This document shows, piece after piece, positions 1 to 13,091 of a stretch of 62,492 nucleotides of DNA. How positions within the stretch are numbered: the first letter of the stretch is position 1; every line of letters starts with the position of its first letter. Origin of the DNA: Folioceros fuciformis (taxonomy: Eukaryota); contig JBNGIO010006342.1 in assembly GCA_049999805.1 (NCBI GenBank), forward strand, positions 467,449 through 529,940. The letters run 5' to 3'. The translations under genes and the position numbers were made by a program. The notes beneath the pieces were generated by a model. That model saw only the letters and a list, made by a program, of their open reading frames with translations, did no database searches and was not told the DNA's origin.

Positions 1-3000
1 TCCATCTCCTGTCTTTGGCGGGGCAATGGAGTCATGACTCACGAGCCACCACCCATCCCAACAACCTGACCTTGCGGGCCAGCAAATGGCAAAGAGGAGC
101 GCGCTCTGCTCTGCTCTCTTCACCTCCTCTGAGCTCCACACAATTGTCATATGTACACCCAAAAAGCACATCGGGAATACCGAATTAGAAGTCTCCGGTT
201 TCCGGATGGAGCCCACCTCGAAGGGAAGGGAAGGGCATAGATCCCAGCGACAGCGGCTGACTGTGTGGGCAAGCAAGAGACTCTCTGCTTGCAAGAAGGC
301 AGACAACACAACACGGAGCAAGCTCAACCTCCCCGCAGCACAGCACACTTAGGGGTCGAGTGCGATTCCCGAAACACGGTCCTTCTGGAGCCCGTAATCC
401 TGGAAGTGGGGCCGTTTCCGGAGCTTCTGATTAGCAACGCCTGGACGGAGTTATGAGTTATTACTGCCCACATTGAGCAACGCGGATTTGACGCCGGCTA
501 TTCGATGAGCGTCTATTCCTGCATTCAGATCCTGGACATTCAGACACGGAATGGAGTTCACAGAACCAAAACCAGAACCGTCGTGCACGACTGTACACAG
601 TGGGGACCAGGACCAGTTCCTTCTTAGTCACGGTTTTGTGGGTGGAAGTGGATGTGGACGTAATAAAGAGCCATGTGGGGCACCCCTACTTGCCACTTGT
701 GATCGTAACTGCTTCCAACATTTTGGAGCATTGCTCAGTTTCTGGTGAATATCTAAGGGGGAATGGAGTATCCAAGGAGACTATCTCAGTTTCTGGTGAA
801 TATCTAAGGGGGAATGGAGTATCCAAGGAGACTATGTGCCACATGTTGCTGCGATGGGCTGCTCTGCGACAGACATCTCTCCAATTCTCCCTTCTTCTTC
901 GTCTTCGTGTCCGGCTGTGGATGATCCCTTGCAGTGTACGTGTACGTGTACAGGCAGCGCAGTACAGGACAGTACCAGTATATGACACCCAACTCGGAGG
1001 TTGTAAACCCACCAGATTAAACAGCTGCTTGTATGAAGACGGAGGTCAATTTCGTGTGAAACGCCGACTTGGAACTGTGTCGATGCTCGACTGCTTCCTT
1101 CCATGTCACTCACTGGTAGCTGCACTAACACCCGGCGCTGCACATACATGTGACCGTGTAGCTATCCACATTTTATCCTTCACCCCAGAATTATGGAGAC
1201 CTGGGCATGCCAGGTGCTCCACTGCCCTCCACGCCCTGCACACATTGCTCACTGCTGCAGCTCCAGTGCTAGAATCCTGAAGCAGCTGAAGCATGTACTC
1301 CGAATTCCTTGGTCCTGGACCACCAGAGTGAAGGACCAAAGATACCAAAGTTGGACTCAACTTTTGGTCCGTCATTCTCACTCAAACAAAGTCTCATGGT
1401 GGGTGCCTCCTTATGAGGCCAAAGGACTGCAATGTCACAGGTTTCGTAGACACACGTACCATGTTAAGCCGAAGTCATTTAGCTGCCAATAAATAAACAA
1501 CACGGCACTTCATCACATGGGGATGGAGTTCAGATGGTAGTGCGCTCGCTCAGAATGTGAAAGGTACGGGTGTTGTTACCCTCCATCTCCGTGTCTGCAA
1601 GGTAATGAAACCCGAAGATGTTTTCCGGCTCTCACGCTTCTTTCAGCACCCTCAAAATGTCAACATCCTACCATGCAGATCGGTTTGTGGAGTTAGATGC
1701 TGGAGATCCCGTACTGCTCTTCAAGGTGGGGATACCAGGCAGTCAGTGTATGGGGTTGGCATGAATTTGCTGGAGGCCGTCCGCAGGATGTAAGGGTTTC
1801 AGATCTTTCTGGTTCTTCCAGAGAGGGAGGGCCACCGAGCTCAGCCTGGAAGCTCATGATTGTCGTATTGTGGACCTGTTAGATGATAGCATGGCGCTGG
1901 TCTTCGTCAAAGCGATCTTCGAAATGGATGTTCAAGTTGAAGCTGGCGCCACGGATGTACAGTGGGTCAGGGAGCAAGATTTGACTCTCTGGTGAGGACT
2001 TCTTGTTCTGTGAGGAGCTTCGGGACTTTGGGAACAAGGCTTTAATGTAATGCTTTCTTACGTCGGCATTCGCGGTGGACACAATTCCAAGGCAGACTTG
2101 CGGGTCTGGGTTCCTCCTTGTTTCGTCCACGGGAGGACACTTTCCCATCTCCAGACTTGGGTTAGAAACCGGCTCCCTCCACATGCGTTGGTACGGCTCT
2201 ACTCAAACACATATGCCCTCTTGTGCCTTTGGCGGGCTCCGCAGAGATCCCCAGTCACACTCTTCCCAACGAGCTGACCTTTTTGGCCAGCCAATAAGAA
2301 AAGAGTAGCTACACATGTGGAAATAGCGCTCTGCTGAGCTCCACACAATTGTCGTATGTGCACCCCAAAAGCACATGGAGGTAACCATATTGGAAGTCTC
2401 CAATCTCTCATCTTCAAATGGAGCCCAACTTCAAGAGGACCGCATGGATCCCAGCGACACCGGTTGACTCCGTGCACTGGAGACAGTGTGCAAGATAAAG
2501 GTCTGCATGCAAGCAGGCAGACAACACAACAGGCAGCAAGCCTCCTGGAGCAGATTTAAGACTCCCAGTCCGATTCCCGAAACCCGGTTCTGCTGGAGCC
2601 CGTAAGCCTGGAAGGAGGACCTGATCATCATGTGCATGAGAAAGGGGAGAGAAGGGGCATTTGCACTCACTCTTGTTAGCCGTGCCCCCGACAGAGACCT
2701 GGTATGGAGACAGGTTATCAGACAGGCCTTGCGTATGTCGCTGTAATCACCGGTAGACGTTAGGCTCACATGCACAATGCTGGCAGGCTACGAGAGGGGA
2801 CACAATCAGCATGCAGCCGCTTCTCGAGAATGCACTTATCAGCGAGCAGTGCATTGGATTCGGCACGCACCATCCCAACCTATATGTGCACAGCATTTCA
2901 CCAGGGAGAAACGTTAGCCATCAGCAGCCCGTTAGGATAACACGGCACAGACACCGAAAGTGCGTCAGTCATGAGAATGGAACGTGGTCGGTTGGCATTG

Positions 3001-3868
3001 CGAAACGAGAGAAGTGATGGTTCTTCCCGTTTTTGTAGATCAGAGAGGGCCGAATGTAAACGAGTATGGCAAACGCTAGGTTGGAAGCTCTTCCTCGCTG
3101 CGATGCTGCTAATCGTGTCCCCGTCGAAAATAAATAGCTCGGCAACTGTATGCCATCCATTCCCAATTTGAATGAACGCTAGAACATGACGAGCGGCAGC
3201 TTCTCGGAAGGCACAGCCATGGCCGTGGAACCAGGAGAGGACATAGGCAGCCACGAAGACCAATTCTCTTCGAAGCTCGCCTCGATTGTTCAAGGTCGTC
3301 TCGACCGCTGGCGTTGTCATGGACGTCTTGTATGTTTTCCATTTCCTTCCGGTGCATGACTTCTTTCTCGAGCTGGACCGCCATGTCTCTGTTGCTGCTA
3401 CAGACCTGAGCCAGGAGACAGAGGCAGCCATGGAGACCCTTCTCCCCACGGTCAGGTGAGGCATTGGCACAGTCTGGCTCCATCTTTGCCTGGCTGAAAC
3501 CTTCAAGCTCTATCGTGCATCACTAACTCACGTCTAGCACAGCGAGGTCGGTTTGACCTCACGAGACATAACCGAAGACCTCAACCGCGCCAAGGAGTTT
3601 GAGCTGGAGCGCAAGAGCACGCTTGATGAAGCTAGAGAGAAAATGCAGCAAGCAGCATGTAGAGTGATGGATATACTGAGTATCCCGTCGTCTGCGACCA
3701 ACGTGACTGCCTCTCCTTGACATCCCTCTGTTCGCATTCGGGCTGATGACTGGGAAATTTGTGTTCTCCTGTACTGTGATCTTCTTCCTGCAGATGTTTC
3801 TAACTTGCTCCTGGCTGCAGGTCTCTGGTGATCCGGCCTCCAGTGAGAAGGAAAACTCGGATCGATGA
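1..3868 (+). pseudogene. Unidentified multi-exon gene or pseudogene; 5' end probably outside the window
   Basis: Exon-like segments with AG/GT borders read as protein, e.g. ~1830-1991 RATELSLEAHDCRIVDLLDDSMALVFVKAIFEMDVQVEAG, ~3183-3294 NMTSGSFSEGTAMAVEPGEDIGSHEDQFSSKLASIVQ, ~3537-3663 HSEVGLTSRDITEDLNRAKEFELERKSTLDEAREKMQQ, and last exon 3821-3868 VSGDPASSEKENSDR*. Frame breaks upstream. No family recognised. Confidence 0.3.
734..835. repeat. Perfect tandem duplication, 2 x 51 bp
   Basis: ctcagtttctggtgaatatctaagggggaatggagtatccaaggagactat at 734-784 and 785-835. Confidence 0.95.
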
Positions 3869-4464
3869 GGCGCCAACGCTGGTTTCAAATTCCAAGACAA
3901 CAGTAGGGAGTGGGCACCGGAAGGATGCAAATATACTTGTAGGAAGTCACCTTCTCAGCAATCCACTTCGAATTGAAGAGGGCGGTTTAACTAGTTTGCA
4001 GACAATCGAGCATCCCAGATTTGAACGGTGGCTCTCCCCCGTGTACCAAGTGAACCTGACGATTATGTTTGATGACATTCCACTGGAAGCAAGACCACTG
4101 GGAAGTTGTGTGTGACCTTTAACAGAGAGCCAGATCGTAAGCAAAACCAGTGGCAAGCTGTGCGATAGCTCTCATCATCAGTATCACTTTCATCACACAC
4201 TTCGGCGTTGTGGAGCAATCACCGCAAAACGGAAACATCCTAATTGTCAGAAAGAATCTGAACAATGAGCGACGCGCACAAACAATGAAGTTGTACCAAT
4301 CATTCAGATGAGGCTTGTAAGATGACCTGGAGTGGCAGTGCCCGCTCATTGGCAGAGCATACCAATGCTAAGCACGTTCTATGCTTCACCGAATGCACAT
4401 ACTAAAATCTCGTCGCCTTAGGAACCTCTAGACCGGGACTGAACCATTCAGAACCATGTCCTAC

Positions 4465-5962
4465 CTAGTCTAAATTCTCATCGTCCTCATCTGGCAATGG
4501 CTGAGCAGCAGCGGCAAGCAGATCTGCCTCACACCTGCATGATCATGTAACACACATTGAGAAGAGGAATGATACAGGATCAGAACTGCAAAACTGGAAG
4601 ATAAGCCAAATCAGGTGGAACAGGTTGTACTTACTGTTGTTGGGCAGCCATGTCGATTTGAACCTCTGGCGGGGCTAGAGCAGGTGACTCGACGAAATGC
4701 AGATTCGGATCCCTTTTCCAACAATGAAGCCGCAAATTAGCCAGAGCCTTCAGCGTCCGACCGGTAAAGGGAAAGAAAGGATGCCAAAGTTCTTACCCAG
4801 CAAGCTTTCTGGCAAGATACAGAAAAGGTTTCTCGAAGTTGTAGTTGCTCTTTGCTGATATCTCATAGTACTGAAGGTTCTTTTTCCTGTGGAAAGTAAC
4901 TTGCTTGGCCTTCACCTGCCGATTCTTCACATCGACCTTGTTGCCACAGAGCACAACCGGGACATTCTCACATACTCTGCAAAGACGTCTCCGATGTGAG
5001 AATCTGAAAGGCATCCATCCAGCCTCTTTTGAGAGCAAAACAGGAGGGGATGAATACTATTGAAATGGACACCACCTACTCACCGGCACAGATCACGATG
5101 CCAGGTTGGGACATTCTTGTACGTCAGCCTTGCTGTCACGTCAAACATGATGATCGCACATTGCCCATGGATGCTGCAGAACAACAGTGTTAATACCAGC
5201 AGCATATCACATTCTGCAAGAAGCGAATCCCCGGAAACACAGAGAAGAACGGGGGTTCAACAATCAGTCAGACTGGAACTCACTAGTAGCCATCACGGAG
5301 ACCTCCAAATTTCTCCTGACCGGCTGTGTCCCAGCAATAGAAGCGGATGCGCCCACAATTGGTGTAAAAATCGAGAGGGTGAACCTCTACACCGATGGTA
5401 GCTGCACAAACAAGCACATCATGAACTCTCTCCAAGCTCCACTACCAAACATAAAAGAAGAACCTCATAAGGAGCCCATTTAATCAGCCAACAAGCACTT
5501 GTTCATACTCACGTTCATACTTCTTCTCGAACTCTCCAGTCAAATGGCGCTTAACAAAGGTGGTTTTCCCTGGCGATTCAAAAAACGACTAAACCCATCG
5601 AGCCCGTGGACTGAGGAAGAAGAAATTCAAGAAGTATGAAAGGACCCAGAGTGGTTTCTGCAAGTACGTACCCGTTCCTCCATCTCCAACGAGTACAAGC
5701 TTAAAGCTTGGACAGTTTTCAGGTGTGGTCTGGCCTGGCAAAGCCTGCAGGGTACACGCCATTACCCATCACACGGATCAGAACACACAAGAAAGGCACG
5801 AATTTCCTAGACCCACTGGCCGAAAGAACCCATCAGCCTGACCCTCGAAGCGAAACAATTAGCCTTTGCGAGTCACCTATCAACCATCAAGTCCTCCTAT
5901 TCCTTGAAAAGGAGTCTACAATCCAGCGGTCATTGGATGGGCAGGGCAGGAGATATTACCAT
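4465..5962 (-). CDS. RAN: Ran GTPase (GTP-binding nuclear protein), multi-exon
   Basis: ATG (5962-5960) is followed directly by an intron. Exons encode [89 protein letters not shown], and the acidic tail [11 protein letters not shown] (TAG 4467-4465). Confidence 0.97.
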
Positions 5963-6081
5963 GATTGTACAAGGGCAGCGACACCGTGGGAACACTTGAC
6001 CTTGGATATTTTTGGAGTCCTGTTCAAGGTCGCGACGGTGTAAGGGCTGCTTCCCGTAAAACCCCTAAATCTCAAACTCGA

Positions 6082-6090
6082 AAACCCTAA
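6082..6090. promoter_or_regulatory. Telo-box (AAACCCTAA) upstream of Ran
   Basis: Exact telo-box ~120 bp upstream of the Ran ATG; a common element in plant growth and housekeeping gene promoters. Confidence 0.5.
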
Positions 6091-7460
6091 TTCGTGCTTG
6101 CTGTCTACATATTAGCGCTCAGCAACACCTACCTGGTACCTGACGCTCCTTATAGCAGGACGCTCCACCGGCCCGTCGTTGTGTGTCCTTCGGTCGTCTT
6201 GTATCTGTAGGTCTTCCGTAGGTGCATACAGTAGTTTGTTGAACATTTATGAATTATGATTAATATTGTGATAATGAACGAAACGAGAATCACGTCCCGG
6301 ATGTGACCGAGTCGTGCGGGCAAGACGCTTTTCGAATGTTTTATTTTTCCTGGTGAGGTGGAAACGAGATGGCCCGATTCAACAACCAGGAGCTCCAACA
6401 CGACAAGCCGGGGCAGCTACTGTGCCCCAGCAAACTTCGTCGGTCTGATAGTAACCCGCGAGCGATCGGTCCGGCGATGGCGGCGCAGAATGCCACTCTC
6501 TCCTTGCTCAAAGATCAGGTCAAGGTCAAGCGTTTCCATTGCCTTGTCCGTCCAACAAACGAATGGAACCCCATGCGTTTCAGGAAGAGTGCAACACCAC
6601 GTCCCCCAGTGGGAACACCGCCTCTTGGAGTAGCTTTCGTAACTGGTGGACCGTGGCTGGCATAGCGCGGCGTACTGGAGGCCAAGGAGTCGGCGGGGAG
6701 TCGGCGGTCACTGCTGTCCTGCCCCTGTCGATCTGACTGCTAAGAACTTTCGTGGGCTCCTGCTGCCAAACCTAAGCAAGGGCAACTCCACCAAGCCGGC
6801 TGCACCGAACTAAAAGGGATGGGATGGCGTTTCCAACGCATACGCTAGAAGCTCGACGACGAGGGGAAAATGAGCTGAGTATACACATGGACAAGATGGG
6901 ACAGCATCGGGCTACATTAAGAAACCCCACGAAATTGGGCCACAAGTCAGTTGAGAAACCGGGTAGCACGGTATCACTGGAAGGATGGCAAAGTGTGGGT
7001 GACTAATCAAAACATAACTAAGGAAGTTCCCCTCATCTAGGAACGTGAGGGAATCATGCTCAAAACTCACCGGACATTGGGGCACTTTGGTGTGAAGCGA
7101 ACGCACCACATGCTGAAAAACATGTGTATCTCGACAGGCACGTACGCAAATGTAGAGAAGGTGGTGGCCAGGTGTGCAGCATGCTATGCGGTCAAAGCAA
7201 GGTTTAAAGCCAAGACCCGGTGTTGCATTCATTGCCGATACGGGGTTTGTTCTTTTGTTGGTCCGTTGATTTGATGCTAGAATTACCCTTGACGAAACAA
7301 GGCAATTTGACATTGTATGCTCATGATTGAGCACTTTTCGAAGTGGGTGGAGGTGGCATTCCTACCAGCCAGGACATCACAATACATTGCTAGAGTCTTC
7401 TTGCAATGTGTGTTAAGCAGATTCAAAAGATGTGCGGAGGTGTTGATAGACGATGGGAAC

Positions 7461-7550
7461 GAATCATGGGGAGAGTTCCAATACCTACTAGAATTATGGG
7501 GAGAGTTCCAATCGCTACTAGAATCATGGGGAGAGTTCCAATCGCTACTA
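7461..7550. repeat. 3 x 30 bp tandem repeat inside the integrase catalytic core
   Basis: Units of gaatcatggggagagttccaatcgctacta (few mismatches) at 7461, 7491 and 7521, encoding ESWGEFQSLL-like repeats. Confidence 0.95.
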
Positions 7551-7700
7551 TACAAGAGTCTCATTGACCATCGCAAGATGTCACGAGACCATCCTCAAGC
7601 TGATGGGTTGGCGGAGAGATTGGTGCGAACGTTCAAGAGTTCGCTTAGAAAATACTGTCTCGAGGTACGGTCAAAGTGTTGGGATGAATTGGTCCCATAT

Positions 7701-7807
7701 GTAGCTTTGGGATATGGAGTGAGTGCTCAGGCTGCCCTTGGCAAATTCAACCCGTAGCTTTGGGATATCGAGTGAGTGTTCAGGCTGCCCCTTGGCAAAT
7801 TCAGCCC
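7701..7807. repeat. ~53 bp tandem duplication in the integrase
   Basis: gtagctttgggatat...ggcaaattca(a/g)ccc at 7701-7753 and 7754-7807. Confidence 0.9.
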
Positions 7808-7910
7808 GTACTTCATAATGTTTGGTAGAAATGTTGTGCTACTAAACATTGTTGCAGACAGGTACTCCAAGGTTGTGAACTGGGCCTAAGACCCATCAGA
7901 GTGCTTGCAG

Positions 7911-8171
7911 TGTTAGAAATCAAGCTCTAACTGAATTGTTATTAAGAGCATACAACACTTAGGATAGTGTAGCTTATCCCATATTGAACTCGTAGTTATC
8001 TATCACTTAAATATTATCAAGATATATCAGGATATACTAGGATATTGCACCCCCGAGACTAAGGCTTACCTTATCGAGGGTTGCCCTGCTTGAAGGCTAT
8101 ATATGTAGCATCCTATGCACCATAAGTAAGGCACTGTGGAGTCCTTTTAAGACTGTGGTGCTATTTCAACA
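7911..8171 (+). repeat. 5' LTR of copia-1
   Basis: Direct repeat of 12603-12863, about 11 differences in 261 bp by manual count. Confidence 0.97.
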
Positions 8172-8315
8172 TGGTATCAGAGCGAGAGAGAGAGTGCCGG
8201 TGCCACCGGTGTTTAGGGTTTAGGGTTTAGGGTGCTAAACCCGCTACAGGCGCAAGAGCGCGCGAGAGGCGCGAGAGGGAGAGAGACTCAGGAGGAGCGT
8301 AAAGAAGCCTAAATC

Positions 8316-11300
8316 ATGGCTAATGTGCAGGGATCAGACAATATCTCTCAGGTCGTGGGAGAGAAGTTGAATAACAAGAATTTTGCTTTATGGAAGTTCA
8401 GGATGAAGAACTTCTTAGTAGGTAGAGGCTATTGGGACCTCTGCACAGGTGATGAGAGTGAACCAGAGATGGATCGTACTCCATCACAAGAGCAAAAGAC
8501 TGCTCACAACCATTGGACTGAGAGAGCATGTAAAGTGTTACCCTGGCTCTCCTTAAGCATTTCAGATACTATGGTCATGCAGATCACAGGATGTGAGTCT
8601 CCGAAGGATGCATGGGACATACTCATGAGGAACTATGGAAATGTCACACATGCTAGGAAAATCCAGTTGAAGCAGCAATTCAACAACTTGTCACGAGGTA
8701 GCAGATCCATACTTGTGTACACAACAGAGGTGAAGACCATAGCTGATCAGCTTGCTACAATCAGTGCAAGTGTGATAGAAGATGACATGGTTGCAGTTAC
8801 TCTGAACGAACTTGGCAAGGAGTACAAGTCCTTTGACACATCAATCTCTGTGAGAGTTGAGTTCCCAAGTTGGGATGAATTGGTTGCTTTATTGCTGCAT
8901 GAGGAAGTTAAGCTTGGTCTGAACACAGGTTCAGGTATATCTCAAGGGAGAGACATTGTTTTGTTTTCTAACCAGCGTAGGAGAAGCCACAGAGGTCGTG
9001 GTTCATTACGAGGACGGGGTGATGCTCAGAATACGCAAAATCAGCAAGGCAATTGGCGTGGAGGAAATGCGCAAGGCCAGAGAGAATCTGGAAGTTTTAG
9101 AGGCGTAGGTAGAGCCACAAGAGGAAGAGATGGTTCTTTTCAATCTCATGACCATTCCAATAGAGACAAGGAGTGTTACTACTGTGGTAAGGTTGGTCAT
9201 ATTGCTAAGGACTGCTATAAGCAACAAGCAGACATGAGAGGAAAAGGAAGGCAGCATGGGAACTATGCCTCCTCTAGTAATGCTAGAAATGACTAGGATA
9301 GGTTGTTTGCCATGCAACATCTCTCGAAACAAGATGGGCAGAATGATGAGAGATGGTACATTGATTCAGGAGCATCAAACCACATGACTCCGCATGGCGA
9401 GTGGTTTAACAAGATGGATGCAGGTTTCCATGGTTATGTGTGTACAGGAGATGACACACAACATGACATAAAGCACAGAGGAATTGTTCCTCTTAGGATG
9501 CCGAATGGTCAGCAGAAGAGTCTGCAAGATGTGTTGCATGTTCCAACCATTACGAAGAACCTGTTGTCTGTTGGGTAGATGGCTGAACAAAATCTGCAAG
9601 TTCAATTCAATAAAGATGGATGCTTTACTGAAGAATATGACAGAGGGCGCAAACTGATTGCTAAAGGTAGTAGGAATGGACGGATGTTCACTCTGGATGC
9701 ATCCATTCCAGAGCTAAATGCAGCAATGTTTGCAAATGATGCAGGTGCCATACGTGATGTTGAAATATAGCATAAGAGGATTGGGCATGTGAACATAGCG
9801 AAGCTGAAATCTATGCAACAGAAAAGCGTGGTGAAAGGATTGCCCAAGTTCAACTATGCTGATCTTGGTCATGTGTGTTCTGCATGTCAATTTGGAAAAC
9901 AGTCAAGGTTTCCATTTGTGCGACACGTGCAGAACAGCTCGAGACCTTTGCAATTGATACACTCTGATGTATGGGGTCCTGCACAAAATGCATCGTTTGG
10001 AGGAGCCCACTACTCTGTCTCCTTCATTGATGATTTCAGCAGGTACACGTGGCTGTACGTACTGAAGCATAAGGATGAAGTGTTCGAATCTTTCAAGGAC
10101 TTCAAAAAGCATGCTGAAAATGAATTCAGCTGCTCCATCTCTTGTCTAAGATTAGATGGAGGGGGAGAATACGTCTCAAATGAGTTTGAGAGGTATCTTG
10201 CAGATCATGGTATACGAAGACAGCTGACTTGCAGATACACACCACTGCAGAATGGTGTTGCAAAGAGGAAGAACAGGGTAGTCATGGAAACAGCAAGGGC
10301 AATGCTGAATGAGAAGTGCTTACCTAATGATTATTGGGCAGAAGCAGTGATGACAGCAGTGTATGTACTGAATCGAACTCCTACGGCAAGAATTCATGAT
10401 GCTACACCAATTGAGAGACTGTATGGCTATAAGCCGGATATTAGGCACTTGAAAGTGTTTGGGTGCATTGCATATGTGCATGTACCTGATGAGAAGCGTA
10501 CGAAGCTGGATCCTAAAGCAGTGAAGAGTGTTTTTCTAGGGTATGCACAAAATAGGAAGGCATATAAGTGTTATGTGCCATCCACACATGAGATCCTGAT
10601 AAGCAGGGATGTGGTATTTGATGAGTTAGCCTCCTGGTATAGCAACTCATTTGCACTACCCTATGACGAATCCACAGTGGAGAGTACTGTTAAGAGTACT
10701 CCAGCAAAGAGTGAGGATGTGACCAATGGTGGACCACCAACGGTGAATCCATAGTCTGGAAGACTACAGAATGGTAAACCGAAGACCATTGACTCGGATA
10801 TGTCAGTGAGGGGGAGAGTAGAAAGTAGCAAAACTGGAAATGAGGGATATGAATCCTCAAGTAGTGAGAGCATTAACAGTGAGTTTGGCATTCCGTCTGT
10901 GGAAACGCCAGGTGCTAAGGAGCAACAATATGCAAGGCAGGTTCAAAATGAACCAAGACCCAGGAGATCTGAGAGGGTTAGGAAACCCATTGACAGGTAC
11001 ACCTATACAAGCTACAATGCGCAACATTATGCGTATATGACAAGGGTCACAGCTTGTAAGGAGCCAACCAAGCTTGCTGAGGCAGTGACAGATGATAAGT
11101 GGTGTCAAGCCATGGATGAAGAATACTCAGCATTAGTTGAGAACGGAACGTGGGATTTGGTTCAATTGCCTGATGGCAAGGTTCCTATTGGTTCTAAGTG
11201 GATGTACAAGCTGAAGTTCAAGTCAGATGGAACGCTGGAGCGTTACAAGGCCAAGTTGGTTGCAAAGGGATATGCACAACAATATGGTCTTGATTATGAG

Positions 11301-12589
11301 GAAACCTTTAGTCCAGTAGCCAAGATGACAACTGTAAGGACAGTCATAGCATTAGCAGCAGCTAAAGGATGGAAATTATGACAAATGGATGTCAAGAATG
11401 CCTTCTTGAATGGTGAGTTGCAGGAGGAAGTGTACGTGGAACAGCCTGAAGGCTATGTTCATCCTAAGTTTCCAACATACGTCTGCAAACTGAAGAAGGC
11501 ATTGTATGAACTCAAACAGGCACCTAGAGCATGGAATGCTCGTATCACAAGCTATTTGAAGGAGCGAGGGTTTGTGATTGGAGACGCAGATCACAGTTTG
11601 TTTGTAAAACAGACCAAGGTAGGACAAGTGTGTCTTGTCGTTTATGTTGACGACCTGATCATCACAGGAGATGATGCAGATGGTATTGCAGATGTCAAGG
11701 CGAATCTGCAAAAGAGTTCAAGGTGAAGGATCTTGGTGAACTCAGATACTTCTTATGAATTGAGGTTGTGTCTACACCTCAAGGAATCTGGCTATTCCAA
11801 AAACAATATGCTAAGGATATGTTGCAGAAGTATGGCATGGCAGATTGCAAAGTGATGGATACACCATTGGGGCAGAACGTCAAGCTGCAAATGGATGTAG
11901 GAGCTGAGCTAGAAAATGTGACTATGTATCGACAGATGGTCGGAAGTTTGATCTACTTGACTATCACATGTCCTGACTTAAGTTATGCAGTGGGACTGAT
12001 TAGTCAATTCATGCAGAACCCAAGGAAACCGCACTTGGATGCAGGTAGAAGAATCATGAGATGTGTGAAAGGAACTACTGAGTTTGGATTGCTCTATGAG
12101 CATAGGAAGCATCTTGAACTGACAGGATATACAGATGCTGATTGGGCTGGTTGCGCGTATGACAGAAGATCAACCAGTGGATATGCATTCAGTCTGGGAA
12201 GTAGTATGATCAGCTGGCAAAGCAAGAAACAACCGACAGTTGCTTTGTCAAGCACAGAAGCAGAGTATCGAGGAGCTGCAATGGCAGCCTGTGAAGCAGC
12301 TTGGTTGCAGAAGTTGCTACATGATCTTGGAAATATAGTGAACAGCAAGGTTACAATCTGCTGTGACAACATGAGTAGCATGAAGTTAGCTACTAATCCT
12401 TTGTTTCATGCTCGTTCGAAGCACATAGAAGTACATTATCACTTCATTAGGGAAGCGGTATTATCTGAGAAGATAGATCTTCGGCACGTGAAGACCGAAG
12501 ACCAGGTAGCAGATATCTTTACTAAGTCCCTAGGTAAAGATAAGTTCTTACACTTTCGTGAACTACTTGGAGTGTTACAAATAGTCTGA
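8316..12589 (+). pseudogene. copia-1 gag-pol polyprotein with premature stops and a frameshift
   Basis: Zinc knuckle CYYCGKVGHIAKDC; protease WYIDSGAS; integrase [43 protein letters not shown]; RNase H YTDADWAG, SSTEAEY. In-frame stops at ~9294, 9576, 9768, 10752 and 11379; frameshift ~11710. Confidence 0.95.
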
Positions 12590-12602
12590 GCTTGAGGGGG
12601 AG

Positions 12603-12863
12603 TGTTAGAAATCAAGCTCTAACTGAATTGTTATTAAGAGCATACAACACTTAGGATAGTGTAGCTTATCCCATATTGAACTCGTAGTTATCTATCACCT
12701 AAGTGTTATCAGGATATATCAGGATATACTAGAATATTGCACCCCCGAGGCTAAGGCTTACCTTATCGAGGGTTGCCCCGCCTGAAGGCTATATATGTAG
12801 CATCCTGTGCACCATAAGTAAGGCACGGTGGAGTCCTTCTAAGACTGTGGTGCTATTTCAACA
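12603..12863 (+). repeat. 3' LTR of copia-1
   Basis: Follows the PPT; direct repeat of 7911-8171. Confidence 0.97.
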
Positions 12864-13091
12864 TGCAAGAGCTAAGTAGTCGAGCGGAGACACTTCAGAG
12901 GGTACTACTGATGGTCATGGAGAACTTGGCTATAGCCCAACACAGGGATCAACTAAGGTATGCTTTTACAAGGGGCGGCTCTAGGAGGCATAAGGCCAAA
13001 AAATTTGAGCAAGGAGACTTCGTATTCGTGTAGCACAAGCCAGCGAACACGCTGGAGGTGAATGTTGGTAGGCTGATCTGCGAGTACTAAA

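Larger units (their letters stand above)
7911..12863 (+). mobile_element. Full-length Ty1/copia LTR retrotransposon (copia-1), inactivated
   Basis: 261-bp LTRs TG...CA at 7911-8171 and 12603-12863; PBS tggtatcagagc (tRNA-iMet type) 8172-8183; PPT gagggggag 12594-12602; TSD tgcag/tgcaa; domain order gag-PR-INT-RT-RH. Confidence 0.97.

Noticed and set aside
6358-6950. Short ORFs upstream of the integrase as gag or RT
   Set aside because: No gag, protease, RT or RNase H motif recognisable; cannot support a call
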